From: Planctomycetia bacterium
GTDB taxonomy: Bacteria; Planctomycetota; Planctomycetia; Pirellulales; JACPPG01
Assembly (NCBI GenBank): GCA_016191115.1
Contig: JACPPG010000038.1
Location: 32,907-96,906, forward strand
Direction: 5' to 3'
Length of the DNA stretch: 64,000 nt
This document shows positions 21,340-31,093 of the stretch, in pieces. The position numbers and the translations under genes are program-made. Numbering within the stretch: the first letter of the stretch is position 1; the number at the start of each line of letters is the position of its first letter. The notes below the pieces were generated by a model, which did no database searches, had not been told where the DNA came from, and was given only the letters and a program-made list of their open reading frames with translations.

Positions 21340-22932
21340 ATGCAGACTTCCCTCTCCCGTCCACATGTGTGGCGCTGTTTCCCTGTTTGCACCGCGGCCG
21401 TGCGCGCGCTGGGGGCCTCGATCGCGCTTTTGGCGCTGGTCCTCCCGGCGCAGGCCCTGGACACGGCCATTCCCTTCGATGGCGGGGACGTCAGCCGCGG
21501 CATCCTCGGCCCCGGCACGGGCGTGATCGTCGGGTTCGTGGATAGCGGCGTCAACAGCGCCCACCCCTTCCTGACCGGCAACGATTCGCTCGGCCAGCCG
21601 CGGTTGGTCGCCCAGGCCAACTTCGTCACCAGCGAACCGGCCAACACGGGGGCGGACGTGTACGGGCACGGCACGGCCGTGGCAGGCGTCGCCCTGGGCA
21701 ATGACACTATCAACGCGATCCCGTTTAGCGGCATGGCCCCCGATGCACGCTACGTCAACGCCCGGGTGCTCGACAGCACCAACTCGTTCGCGACCACGGA
21801 CTGGGTCGTCAACGGGCTGCAGTTCGCGCTGGCGAACAACGCCGACGTGATCAACCTGTCGCTGGTGTTGAACGCGACGCAGTCCGACGGCAATACGCAG
21901 CTCGACAACCTGATCGACTACATCGTCGACACGCGCGGCGTGTTCGTGTCGACGGCGGCCGGCAACTTCGGCAACGCCCAGCCGCCGCACGGCATCGGGG
22001 CAGCCCGCAACGGCTTTACGATGGGCGCCTTGACGGCCAATTACTCGCGGGTGGCCCCCTTTTCCGACGCCGGCGCCACGTCCGATCTCCGCTCCAAGCC
22101 CAACATGGTCGCCCCCGGCGACACCATCACCACGGCCAACATCAACTTCGCCAGCGGACCCCTGGTGGCGAACTGGACGGGCACCAGCTTCTCCTCGCCG
22201 CAAGCCGCCGGCATGGCGGCCCAGTTGATCGACTACGGCCGCGACCACTCGCTGTCGACCGACACGCGCGTGCTGCGGGCGGTGATGATGAACTCGGCCG
22301 CCAAGACGCTCGACAACGACGGCAGCGCCTGGGCCCATACCGACACGCTCGCGCTGGACAATCAACAGGGGGCCGGCCGGCTGGACGCCGTGGCCGCGGC
22401 CAATCAGTACATCGCCGGCCGTTTCGACCCCGGCACCGTGCCCAACACCGGCTGGTCGTTGCACGACATCCTGGGCATCAACAACCCGTCGACCACGCTG
22501 GAGAAGTTTTCGCTGGCGAGCACACCGTCGCTGGGGTCGTACATCGATGCCACGCTGGTCTGGAACCGGCACATCCGCTGGTCCGACAACGGCATTCCGG
22601 GCGTGATCGATCCGGCCGATTCGTTCCTCGTCGACAATGGAAATAGCCCGCAAGACAATTTGAACCTTGCCCTGTTCCGCGACGGGGTGCAGGTGGCGCA
22701 GAGCGTGAGCAGCGCCGACACGGTGGAGAACATTCATTTTCTGGTCAGCCAGGCAGGGAACTACGAATTGCGCGTGAGCCGCGCGTTCGGCTTCGATCCG
22801 GGCGAGACGTACTCGCTGGCGTGGCATTCGGTGGCGGTGCCCGAGCCGGCTGCGCTAGCTCTGGCGGCCGCGGCCCTGGTAAGCCTGCCGCTCCTTTTGA
22901 GGCGGCGTCGACAGGGGCGCTTTAGCCGGTAG
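21340..22932 (+). CDS. S8 family (subtilisin-like) serine peptidase with PEP-CTERM anchor
   Basis: Signal peptide. GFVDSGV (Asp), YGHGTAVAG (His), GTSFSSPQAAG (Ser). C-terminal VPEPAALALAAAALVSLPLLLRRRR. Confidence 0.88.
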   Translation: MQTSLSRPHVWRCFPVCTAAVRALGASIALLALVLPAQALDTAIPFDGGDVSRGILGPGTGVIVGFVDSGVNSAHPFLTGNDSLGQPRLVAQANFVTSEPANTGADVYGHGTAVAGVALGNDTINAIPFSGMAPDARYVNARVLDSTNSFATTDWVVNGLQFALANNADVINLSLVLNATQSDGNTQLDNLIDYIVDTRGVFVSTAAGNFGNAQPPHGIGAARNGFTMGALTANYSRVAPFSDAGATSDLRSKPNMVAPGDTITTANINFASGPLVANWTGTSFSSPQAAGMAAQLIDYGRDHSLSTDTRVLRAVMMNSAAKTLDNDGSAWAHTDTLALDNQQGAGRLDAVAAANQYIAGRFDPGTVPNTGWSLHDILGINNPSTTLEKFSLASTPSLGSYIDATLVWNRHIRWSDNGIPGVIDPADSFLVDNGNSPQDNLNLALFRDGVQVAQSVSSADTVENIHFLVSQAGNYELRVSRAFGFDPGETYSLAWHSVAVPEPAALALAAAALVSLPLLLRRRRQGRFSR

Positions 22933-23040
22933 AATCTCCTGCGGCAGCCACGGCCTGCCGTCCCTCGCGTTCCCGGGAGCAACCTGCTCTGCGCGGGGTG
23001 ACGCGCATCAATCATCCCGCCGCTTGCCGGAGTCGCGCGT

Positions 23041-23955
23041 TTGCAGATCCACGGGACGGAGATCGTCGACACGTTCGCGGAAGCGTTTCGCATGCGCTAC
23101 GCGCGACTCGTCGTGACGGCATACGACGAGCACTGGTTGGCGGCAGCGGTTGCCGCGTTCACCGGCTACGCGAGCAGCGTGATCGCCTGCGACGCCGAAG
23201 CCGCGGTCGAGCGACGGCTTGCCGGCCACGAGACGCCCGACGGTCGCGAGGGCGCGGCGATCCTGGTCTTTGCGCCGACCGCCGACGCGCTCGCCGCGGC
23301 CGTGCCCAATCGCACTGGCCAGTGCCTGATGACTTGCCCGACGACGGCCGTGTTCGACGGGCTCGCGGAGGGAGATGAGCGGATCCCCCTGGGGAAGCAC
23401 ATCCGTTTTTTCGGAGACGGCTTCCAGAAGAGCAAGCTGCTCCTGGGTCGCCGCTACTGGCGCGTCCCGGTCATGGACGGCGAGTTTTTGGTCGAGGAGT
23501 CGCTGGGCGTCGCCAAGGGCGTGGCCGGCGGGAACTTGATCGTTCAAGGCGAAAGCCTTGAGGTCGCGCTGGCCGCCTCGCGCCGCGCCGCGGAGTCGCT
23601 AGCCGAGCTTCCGGGCGTCATCACCCCCTTTCCCGGCGGCATCGCGCGAAGCGGCAGCAAAGTCGGCTCGCGGTACAAGAAGCTGCGGGCCTCGACGGCT
23701 GACGGATTCTGCCCGACCTTGCGCGGAAGGGTCGAGACCCGATTGCACGCGGGGGCCAATTGCGCCTACGAGCTGGTGATCGACGGCGTCGACGAGTCGA
23801 GTGTGGCCCGGGCGATGGCCGTCGCCGCGCGGGCCGCGGCCTCACCCGGGATCGTCGCCATCAGCGCCGGCAATTACGGAGGCAAACTCGGCAAGTTCCA
23901 CTTCCGCCTGCACGAGGTGCTGGCCGCCGAAGAGAACTCACCACGAAGCCACTGA
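23041..23955 (+). CDS. ftr: formylmethanofuran--tetrahydromethanopterin N-formyltransferase (Ftr/FhcD family)
   Basis: TTG start. MQIHGTEIVDTFAEAFRMRYARLVVTA closely resembles the canonical Ftr N-terminus. About 300 aa, as expected. Confidence 0.85.
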   Translation: MQIHGTEIVDTFAEAFRMRYARLVVTAYDEHWLAAAVAAFTGYASSVIACDAEAAVERRLAGHETPDGREGAAILVFAPTADALAAAVPNRTGQCLMTCPTTAVFDGLAEGDERIPLGKHIRFFGDGFQKSKLLLGRRYWRVPVMDGEFLVEESLGVAKGVAGGNLIVQGESLEVALAASRRAAESLAELPGVITPFPGGIARSGSKVGSRYKKLRASTADGFCPTLRGRVETRLHAGANCAYELVIDGVDESSVARAMAVAARAAASPGIVAISAGNYGGKLGKFHFRLHEVLAAEENSPRSH

Positions 23956-23959
23956 GGAG

Positions 23960-24096
23960 CGAAGAACGTCGAATGTCCAAATAAGAATGTCTAAAGAAAT
24001 CTGAAGGACGAAGCTCGCAAGGGCATCTCGTCATTCGTGCTTCGTTATTCTTTAGATTACACAGATTAGACATTAGTCCTTCGACATTCGTCATTC
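23960..24096. repeat. AT-rich word palindrome between convergent ftr and rarA
   Basis: cgtcgaatgtcc ... ccttcgacattcgtcattc with tgtctaaagaaatc words. The right arm contains the rarA stop codon (24091-24093). Confidence 0.8.
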
Positions 24097-25506
24097 TTGC
24101 GTCTCCGTGCCTCCGTGGCTCGGTGGCAACTCCTCTCGGGCTTCACTGTCCGTTTCCAGTTGCTGGGCGGACTTGCGCCCTTCGCGCAATCGGGCGCGGA
24201 TCAATTCCAGGCGCTTCGCCAGTTCCTGCTCGAAGCCGCGGGGCGCTGGCCGGTAGTATTCGCGCTGGACGCCCAAGTAGTCTTGGGCCGCCACGGCGTC
24301 TTCAGCGTCATGCGAGTACTCGTAGCCCGCGCCGTGCCCTAGCCGCTTCGCGCCGCCGTAGCTGGCATCCTTGAGGTGCACCGGAACCGGCAGCAAACGG
24401 CCCGTCGCCACGTCGTGCCGCGCTTCGCTGATGCCGATCATCGACGCATTCGATTTCGGCGCGCAGGCCAAATACGTCACCGCCTGAGCCAGCGGCAACT
24501 GGCACTCGGGCAGGCCTACGAACTCGGTGGCTTGCATCGCGGCCACGGCCAACACGAGCGCGTGCGGGTCGGCGTTGCCGATATCTTCGCTGGCGGCGAT
24601 CACGATGCGCCGGGCGAGAAACCGGACGTCCTCGCCCCCCTCGAGCATCTGCGCCAGCCAATAGAGCGCCGCGTCCGGGTCGCTGCCGCGAATGCTTTTG
24701 ATGAGGGCGCTGATGGCGTCGTAGTGGGCGTCTCCTTGCCGGTCGTAGGCGATCGCCTTGCGCTGCAGCGACTCCTCGGCCAGGGCGCGCGTGAACACAA
24801 GCGGCCTCTCGTCGCTCGACAGCACGCCGATTTCCAAGGCCGACAGGGCCCGGCGGGCGTCGCCGTCGCTCGTTTCGGCGAGGAACTCGAGCGCGTCGTC
24901 CTCCAACCGCACGGCCTCGTTCCCCAGCCCACGCTCCTTGTCCAAGAGTGCCCGCAAGAGCAGGCCCTTGATCTCGTCGGTGGATAAGGGTTGGAACTGG
25001 AAAATGCGGCTGCGGCTGACCAGGGCGCTGGTGATCGCGAAAAACGGGTTCTGGGTCGTGGCGCCCACCAGGATCGCGATCCCGTCCTCGACGTCCGGCA
25101 ACAGCACGTCCTGCTGGGCCCGGTTGAAGCGGTGGATCTCATCGACAAACAACAGCGTCCTCTGCCCGGACGCGCTGAGACGATCGCGGGCTTCGACCAG
25201 CACGTCGCGCAGCTCCTTGACGCCGCTCGTGACCGCGCTGAGCTGCACGAACGTGCTGCGGCTGGCGGCGGCGAGCAACCGGGCCAGCGTGGTCTTGCCG
25301 CTGCCGGGCGGGCCGTAAAAGATCACCGATCCGAGCCGGTCGGCGGCCAGCAGGCGCGACAGCAGCTTCCCTTCGCCGAGGAAATGCCGTTGGCCGACGA
25401 ACTCGTCGAGGGTCCGCGGCCGCATCCGCGCCGCCAGCGGTTGCGCTGTGCGGCGGTTCTTCTCTTCTTCGGCTTCAAAGAGCGTGGGGCGGCTTGTCGT
25501 CTTCAT
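24091..25506 (-). CDS. rarA: replication-associated recombination protein A (AAA+ ATPase)
   Basis: ATG 25506 (MKTTSRPTLFEAE). GPPGSGKTTLARLLA Walker A, FVDEIHRFN Walker B, MgsA C-terminal domain. The last ~8 residues (HGGTETQE) are encoded by the CTCCGTG repeat. Confidence 0.9.
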   Translation of the reverse strand: MKTTSRPTLFEAEEEKNRRTAQPLAARMRPRTLDEFVGQRHFLGEGKLLSRLLAADRLGSVIFYGPPGSGKTTLARLLAAASRSTFVQLSAVTSGVKELRDVLVEARDRLSASGQRTLLFVDEIHRFNRAQQDVLLPDVEDGIAILVGATTQNPFFAITSALVSRSRIFQFQPLSTDEIKGLLLRALLDKERGLGNEAVRLEDDALEFLAETSDGDARRALSALEIGVLSSDERPLVFTRALAEESLQRKAIAYDRQGDAHYDAISALIKSIRGSDPDAALYWLAQMLEGGEDVRFLARRIVIAASEDIGNADPHALVLAVAAMQATEFVGLPECQLPLAQAVTYLACAPKSNASMIGISEARHDVATGRLLPVPVHLKDASYGGAKRLGHGAGYEYSHDAEDAVAAQDYLGVQREYYRPAPRGFEQELAKRLELIRARLREGRKSAQQLETDSEAREELPPSHGGTETQE

Positions 25507-25670
25507 CGGTGCTTCAGACGGAGCTGTGGCCGGACGCTGTCGCGGCCGGTTTGATTGTACCGCATGGCGATTCGCCCGGCCGTTGGATACCATGGCGAGG
25601 CATGGCTGGCAGCAGCCGCATACGCGCGTTCGCACACTCCGTGGTTCACCTTTGCCTTCCAGGGGCACAA

Positions 25671-26159
25671 ATGGCATCCGTAGATCAACCCCCTCCGAAG
25701 CGGAGACGACGCGCGGTTGCGATCGTCCTTGCGGCCTTTGTGGTGATCGCGGCCGCCGCGGCTGGCACGGTTGCCTGGCAGGTGGACGACTGGAACCGGG
25801 ACCTCACCACGAATTGGGCCGTGACGAGCTCCGCCGCCCGGGACCCCGAGCTGCGTTCGATCGAGACGACACTCGACGTCGAGAAAGCTGCCGAATTGGT
25901 CCGCGCGGCGGCGGCCAGCCTGCCGCGCTGGACCGAACAAGGAAGTGAGCGCGAAGGAGGGGGATTCGTGTTGCACTTTGTCCACACCGGGCCCCTCTTG
26001 CCGCTCAGGGACGACGTTACGGTCATCGTCGACGCAGGCGACGACGGGTCGACGATCATCCGCGCCATCAGTCGCTCGCGCATGGGTAAAGGCGATCTCG
26101 GGCAGAACCCAAGGAATCTGAAGGACCTGTTTGGCGAGATGCGCAAGCGGTTGCGGTGA
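25671..26159 (+). CDS. DUF1499 domain-containing protein
   Basis: N-terminal TM anchor. SRSRMGKGDLGQNPRNLKDLF resembles the DUF1499 signature SR.G.SDLG.N..R. Confidence 0.65.
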   Translation: MASVDQPPPKRRRRAVAIVLAAFVVIAAAAAGTVAWQVDDWNRDLTTNWAVTSSAARDPELRSIETTLDVEKAAELVRAAAASLPRWTEQGSEREGGGFVLHFVHTGPLLPLRDDVTVIVDAGDDGSTIIRAISRSRMGKGDLGQNPRNLKDLFGEMRKRLR

Positions 26160-26227
26160 TCGATTGGACTGGCGCGAGGGACACTGGCGGAGCCAGTGGC
26201 ACACCAATCGCGCAATGGATGGCCTCA

Positions 26228-27313
26228 TCAAAACAGATTCATCTGCCCACTCGCAGCGCGGGGCGGGTGGAAGAGCGACGTGTCCAGCGGCGGTAGCGAT
26301 CCATCTAGTCCGTACTTCTTCTTGAAGACGCGGAAGTTCTGCGCGATCTGCTCGGCGTACTTGCCGCGGCCGCGCTGCCGCTCGCCAAAGGCCGAGTTAT
26401 ACAGCTTGCCGTCGCGCGTGGCCCGAATCCGCGACTCGACCCGCTCGTACTGTGCGGGCCGGTTGGCGGCCAGCCAATCGAGGAACACAGGCCGCACGGT
26501 GTGCGGCAGCCGCAGAAGCACGTAAGAGGCTGTCTTCGCCCCCGCGGCGGCGACCGCCTCAAGGACCTGCGGCGGCTCGTGATCCGTCAGGCCCGGGATG
26601 ATCGGCGCCACGAGCACGCCGACGGGCACGCCGGCCGCCGTCAGCCGGCGAATCGCTTCCAGCCGCGCGGCCGGGCGCGACGTGCGCGGCTCCAGCACGC
26701 CCACTAGATCGGCGTCGAGCGTCGTCACGCTTATATGAACGTGCACGAGATTCAGGGCCGCCATCTCGGTCAAGATGTCGAGATCGCGGACCACAAGGGC
26801 GTTCTTGGTGATGATGCCGCAGGATTGGCGGGCTTCGAGCATCACTTCCAAGAGCCCGCGCGTGAGGCGCAGCCGCCGCTCGGCCGGTTGGTAACAATCC
26901 GTGACGCCCGACATCATGATCATCTCGCCGGTCCACGCCGGGCGGCACAATGCCTCGCGCAAGAGTGCCGGGGCGTCGTGCTTGACCATCACCTTGGTCT
27001 CGAAATCGAGGCCGGCGTTCATACCCAACAGCTCGTGGCTGGGCCGGGCATAGCAATAGGCGCAGCCGTGCTCGCAGCCGCGATAGGCGTTGATGCTGTA
27101 GCGGAAGCCGACGTCGGGGCTGTCGTTGGTGGCGATAATCGAACGCGACCGGTCGGCCAGGAACTCGGTCGGCACCGCGCGCCGCGGCGCGAGTAGATCG
27201 TCGTCCGCTTCGATCTGCTCGAAGTCCGCCTCGGCGTGTACCGCCTCGAAGCGATTGGCCGGGCTGGCCTGCGCGCCGCGGCCGACGAATTTCGTGCGAG
27301 GTTCGTCGTGCAT
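26228..27313 (-). CDS. PA0069 family radical SAM protein
   Basis: GRGAQASPANRFE N-terminal motif. CEHGCAYCY (CxxxCxxC). ATG 27313 is preferred over TTG 27328. Confidence 0.88.
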   Translation of the reverse strand: MHDEPRTKFVGRGAQASPANRFEAVHAEADFEQIEADDDLLAPRRAVPTEFLADRSRSIIATNDSPDVGFRYSINAYRGCEHGCAYCYARPSHELLGMNAGLDFETKVMVKHDAPALLREALCRPAWTGEMIMMSGVTDCYQPAERRLRLTRGLLEVMLEARQSCGIITKNALVVRDLDILTEMAALNLVHVHISVTTLDADLVGVLEPRTSRPAARLEAIRRLTAAGVPVGVLVAPIIPGLTDHEPPQVLEAVAAAGAKTASYVLLRLPHTVRPVFLDWLAANRPAQYERVESRIRATRDGKLYNSAFGERQRGRGKYAEQIAQNFRVFKKKYGLDGSLPPLDTSLFHPPRAASGQMNLF

Positions 27314-27434
27314 GGGCGGCGGTTCCAAGACGCGGTTGAGGGTAGAATCCGTGCGGCGCCGCGCGACGAAGTGGAGGGCGCCTCAAGGCCGACATGGATT
27401 ATACCGCGGCAGACGTCACGCTTTGCGCCGCCGG

Positions 27435-27578
27435 CGGGCCGTTCACAGATTCAAGCTTGCCGGCGGCGCACCGGCGGGAAAGTGGGACAGGCACCGAGAC
27501 GCAGCGTTGGTATGAAAGGGCTTGCGCTGTTTGTGCTCGGAGCCAGTCCCATTTTCCCGCCTCGCCATTTTGAAAAAA
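27435..27578 (+). mobile_element. 157-bp CAGGGCC MITE, copy D (both termini degenerate)
   Basis: CGGGCCGTTCACAGATTCAAGCTTGCC ... CGCCATTTTGAAAAAAG. Shares the GCAGCG/GGTATG/TTTGTG variants with copy G. Confidence 0.85.
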
Positions 27579-27628
27579 GTGACCGACGGCGCCGCCCGAT
27601 TTGCCCCCTTCGAGAAGAGGTGCTCGCG

Positions 27629-29143
27629 ATGGCCATGCGACGTCCGTGGCTTGGGGGCCCGTTGGCGATCGGCATCGCCGCAGTCGCGTCGGCGGTCGCC
27701 GCCGAGGATCACTTCCTCACCATCGGCGGCGGCTATACGCCCAGCGGCAATCAGGCCTCGCTCGAGAAGAATGTCCTCTTCTTCCAGCACGTGCTCGGGG
27801 ACCTGCACCTGCAAAGCGCGCCGCACGAGATTTTCTTCAGCGACGGCGACTCGCCCGAGCGCGACGTGCAGTTCGTCGACACGGCCGCCGAGATTCCCCG
27901 CGTGAATCTGCTCTTGGCCCGCGTCTTCGGCAAGGAGGACGACCTGGGCGTGCAGTACCGGACGCACGAAGTGCCGCGAATTCGCGGCGCGTCGTCGCCG
28001 CAGAACCTGGACCACTGGTTCGACGAGGTCGGCCGCGGCTTGCAGCCCGGCGATCGACTGATCGTATACCTCACCGGGCACGGGGGGAAAGGCACCGACG
28101 CGCAGAACCCACACTTCTTCATGTGGAACCGCAAGCAGGTGCCGGTGAAGGACTTTGTCGCGCGGTTGGACAAGCTCGACCCGCGGGTGCGGGTGGTGCT
28201 GGTGATGGTGCAATGCTACTCGGGCGGGTTCGCCAATTGCATCTTCAACGAAGGGGACCCAAAGAAGGGAATCTCGGCCGCCAACCGCTGCGGCTTCTAC
28301 GCCACGGTGCACAATCGCCCGGCCGCCGGCTGCACGCCCGATGTGGACGAGGAGAACTACCAGGAGTACTCCAGCTCGTTCTGGTCGGCAATTTGCGGCC
28401 GGTCGCGCACCGGCCAGCCGGTCGACCCGCCCGACTTCGATCGCGACGGCCACGTGTCGTTCCTCGAGGCCCACGCCTTCACCGTGCTCACGTCCAATAC
28501 GATCGACATCCCGGTGAAGACCTCCGACGCACTTTTGCGGGCGTTCAGCAAGACGAAGGCCGACGAAATGGCGGACCTGGTCACGGCCGACGCCCCGTTC
28601 GACACGCTTCAGTCGCTGGCCACGCCGATCGATCGGGCCGTGCTCGTCGGCCTGTCGCAATCACTCGATCTCTCCGGCACTGAGCGGACGGCGGCGGCCC
28701 GCAGCCTGGCCGTGCAGCTCGAGAAAGAGCGCGGCGCCACGACGCAAGAGCGGAAGAAGCTGGAGCGCGACTTCCAGCGGGCGCGATCCGCGATCGCCGA
28801 GACGCTCAAGCTGCGGTGGCCCGAGCTGGACAACCCCTGGCATCCGCGCGTGGCCGAGGAGGTGCGCAAGGAAGGCTCGCAAATCGTGGCGGCAATCGAG
28901 GGGCATGGCCGTTACAAGGAATTCAGCCAGTTGCACGATCGGATCGCCGAGCGGGCAAACCACGCGCTCGACCTGGAACGCCGGTGGGTAAAATGCCAGC
29001 GATTCGTGCACGTGGCCGAGACGGTGGCCCTGGCGGCGAATCTGGCGAAGGTGGCCGGCCAGGAAATCCAGGACCGCTACCAGGCGCTCCTGGAGAGCGA
29101 GTCTGGCACGCTGTGTGCGACGGATACGCCGGCGGGTCAGTAG
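27629..29143 (+). CDS. secreted peptidase C13 (legumain/caspase-fold) family protein with EF-hand-like loop and helical C-terminal region
   Basis: Signal peptide MAMRRPWLGGPLAIGIAAVASAVAA. LIVYLTGHGG (His) and VMVQCYSGGF (Cys) dyad context. DFDRDGHVSFLE at 28433-28468. Confidence 0.7.
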   Translation: MAMRRPWLGGPLAIGIAAVASAVAAEDHFLTIGGGYTPSGNQASLEKNVLFFQHVLGDLHLQSAPHEIFFSDGDSPERDVQFVDTAAEIPRVNLLLARVFGKEDDLGVQYRTHEVPRIRGASSPQNLDHWFDEVGRGLQPGDRLIVYLTGHGGKGTDAQNPHFFMWNRKQVPVKDFVARLDKLDPRVRVVLVMVQCYSGGFANCIFNEGDPKKGISAANRCGFYATVHNRPAAGCTPDVDEENYQEYSSSFWSAICGRSRTGQPVDPPDFDRDGHVSFLEAHAFTVLTSNTIDIPVKTSDALLRAFSKTKADEMADLVTADAPFDTLQSLATPIDRAVLVGLSQSLDLSGTERTAAARSLAVQLEKERGATTQERKKLERDFQRARSAIAETLKLRWPELDNPWHPRVAEEVRKEGSQIVAAIEGHGRYKEFSQLHDRIAERANHALDLERRWVKCQRFVHVAETVALAANLAKVAGQEIQDRYQALLESESGTLCATDTPAGQ

Positions 29144-29156
29144 ACGGACCGGTCGC

Positions 29157-29341
29157 GAATGACGAATGTCGAAGCTCGAATGTCAAAGAAGCACGAAATC
29201 CGAAGCGCGAAACTTCCTGTGATCAAGTATCTCAGATTTGGAATCCAGGTCCCAGAATCTCGGACCTGAGGATTCCGCACGATTTCGGATTTCGGGCTTT
29301 CGGTCATTCTTTTGACATTCGAGCTTCGACATTCGTCATTC
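29157..29341. repeat. AT-rich word palindrome (185 bp) between convergent genes
   Basis: gaatgacgaatgtcgaagctcgaatgtcaaa pairs perfectly (~31 bp) with tttgacattcgagcttcgacattcgtcattc. Inner cgaaatccgaa / ttcggatttcg pair. The right arm contains the stop codon at 29336. Confidence 0.9.
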
Positions 29342-30001
29342 CCTGCCAAGTGGCCCGCCCTCCGGCAATAGTTCCTCGAGCGGGCAGCCCTCGCAGCAGG
29401 GCGTTTTGCGGCAGAATTCCTTGCCCACGCGCACCAATAGGGCGTGATATTCGTTGAACAACTGCGCGTCGGCGGGCAGGTTTTCCTGGCAAAGGTCCTT
29501 GATCTGGTAGTAGTCCGCCTCGCGATCGATCCAGCCGTGCCGTGCCAGCACGCGGTGGGTGTAGGCGTCGACGACGAAGGTCGGCAGGTCGCCCGCATAC
29601 AGCAGGATCGAATCGGCCGTTTCGGGTCCAATGCCGCTCACCGAGAGCAGCTCTTGGCGAAGGTCGTCGAGGGGGGTAGCGAACATGCGGTCGAGCGAGC
29701 CGTCGAACCGTTCGATGAGCCAGGCGACCAGGTTCCGCAGGCGACGCGTCTTGACCCGGTAGTAGCCGGCGGGCCGGACCAATTCCTCCAGTTCCTCGAT
29801 CTCTAACTTGGCGAGCGCCTCGGGTGCCAGCACGCCGGCCTCGCGCAGGTTGCCGATCGCCCGTTCGACGTTCTTCCAGCTTGTGTTCTGCACCAGGACC
29901 GCGCCGACGATGATCTCGAAACGAGACCCCCCCGGCCACCAGGACTGCGGCCCGAAGTGGGCCAACAGCCGGTCGAAGACGAGTTTCAGGGGCGTCTGCA
30001 T
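29336..30001 (-). CDS. endonuclease III-related HhH-GPD domain protein (COG2231-like)
   Basis: MQTPLKLVFDRLLAHFGPQSWWPG ... VSGIGPETADSILLYA (HhH) ... C-terminal CxxxxxCCxxC cluster. Alternative upstream ATG at 30061. Confidence 0.8.
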   Translation of the reverse strand: MQTPLKLVFDRLLAHFGPQSWWPGGSRFEIIVGAVLVQNTSWKNVERAIGNLREAGVLAPEALAKLEIEELEELVRPAGYYRVKTRRLRNLVAWLIERFDGSLDRMFATPLDDLRQELLSVSGIGPETADSILLYAGDLPTFVVDAYTHRVLARHGWIDREADYYQIKDLCQENLPADAQLFNEYHALLVRVGKEFCRKTPCCEGCPLEELLPEGGPLGRE

Positions 30002-30433
30002 GGCGACGACGTGCTGGTCCGGCGGCAAAAACTCAGGGGCGCCGGCGGCGGCCTTCTCCATCTTATCCGCGCCGCGGGGCGAGGAAACGTCTGTTACAGC
30101 CCTCGGTCGATTGCGTCGCAAAGAGCCCCCGGCGGCGACTCGCGCCCGGAGTGCGTCTGCAAGCATCGCGCGGCGGCGCGGCGTGCAAGTGGCGCGCCTT
30201 TTTTTCGCTGTCATGGCGGAGCATTGATCGGCGGATGTAACACGCGCGGACGCGCGCCGAGATGGCGCGATTCGCTTTTGTCAAGAGAGAAAATGCCGCG
30301 CGAGAAATCTGATTTCAAAGTACGTTTGTCGCACCCGCGGCAGGCGTCTATAATCGGAGTCAATCGATGGTGGTTTCGCGTGTCGCACCCACCGGCACGC
30401 CGCTCGCCGAATGAAGTCAAAGGATAACGCGCC

Positions 30434-30973
30434 GTGCTTTCCGTTCGACCCAAAGTCGCCGAGCTGGTCTTCCAGCTCTATGGAAGGTCGCTGCATCCCG
30501 AGTTGTTCCAGGTCTTCAACACGCGCACCGTGCGGCGCGGAGACTACGAGGCCACGATCAATATCACCAGTGCCGGCCACGTGGTGACGTGGCGCTATCG
30601 CGGCCTGGTGCTGACCGAGGTGTGCACTTCGGCGCATCATCCGTTGCCGCAAAAACGGCGGCTGCTGTCGTATCGCTTGAAGGGCGAGCGGAGCGACCGC
30701 ATGGAGTGCCGCGGCGGCGCGTCGTACCAGGTCAACTTTCAGTTGGAGCCGGTCGAACCGGAGGTCTTCTGGACCTTCCAGCAGGAACTGTCGGTCGACG
30801 GCGAGCGGCAAGGCATGCTGCACCACTTCGGCGCCAGCGGCCGGATGGCCTTGGGCGCGCTCAGCTACATCAACGTCGAGACGCGCAACCGCAGCCTGCT
30901 GGTGCAGGCCTTCCACACGTTTCCCGACGACTACGCGATCGTCAAGAGCCAATCGCTCTACGAGATTCCGTAG
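30434..30973 (+). CDS. hypothetical protein (possibly DUF2617 family)
   Basis: 179-aa ORF with a GTG start. The family assignment comes from memory of the VAELVFQLYGR..HPELF N-terminus only. Confidence 0.6.
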   Translation: MLSVRPKVAELVFQLYGRSLHPELFQVFNTRTVRRGDYEATINITSAGHVVTWRYRGLVLTEVCTSAHHPLPQKRRLLSYRLKGERSDRMECRGGASYQVNFQLEPVEPEVFWTFQQELSVDGERQGMLHHFGASGRMALGALSYINVETRNRSLLVQAFHTFPDDYAIVKSQSLYEIP

Positions 30974-31038
30974 GGTGCTCCGCGAGCACCGGTTTGGAGA
31001 ACGTCCGTGCGCAATTTGGTGCTCGCAGAGCACCCTGC
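30971..31038. terminator. 19-bp-stem hairpin (GGTGCTCGCNGAGCACCCT word) between convergent genes
   Basis: agggtgctccgcgagcacc pairs with ggtgctcgcagagcaccct (1 mismatch). The stop codon TAG 30971 is part of the stem. The same word recurs at 32070-32120. Confidence 0.65.
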
Positions 31039-31093
31039 GAGTTGGCGAATTGAGCACCGTCCGCCCGTTCCCTGTGTGCCACTGCCGCGGCCC

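Noticed and set aside
21040-22827. 595-aa ORF on the minus strand opposite the S8 peptidase. Similar long antisense or shifted ORFs occur at 57008-58507(-), 43484-45283(-), 5541-6926(+), 35176-36243(+), 52981-54141(+) and 16265-18139(+).
   Set aside because: These are typical shadow ORFs of a high-GC genome. The translations are Arg/Ala/Gly/Pro-rich low-complexity sequences without motifs, and each overlaps a gene on the other strand or frame that has clear family signatures.
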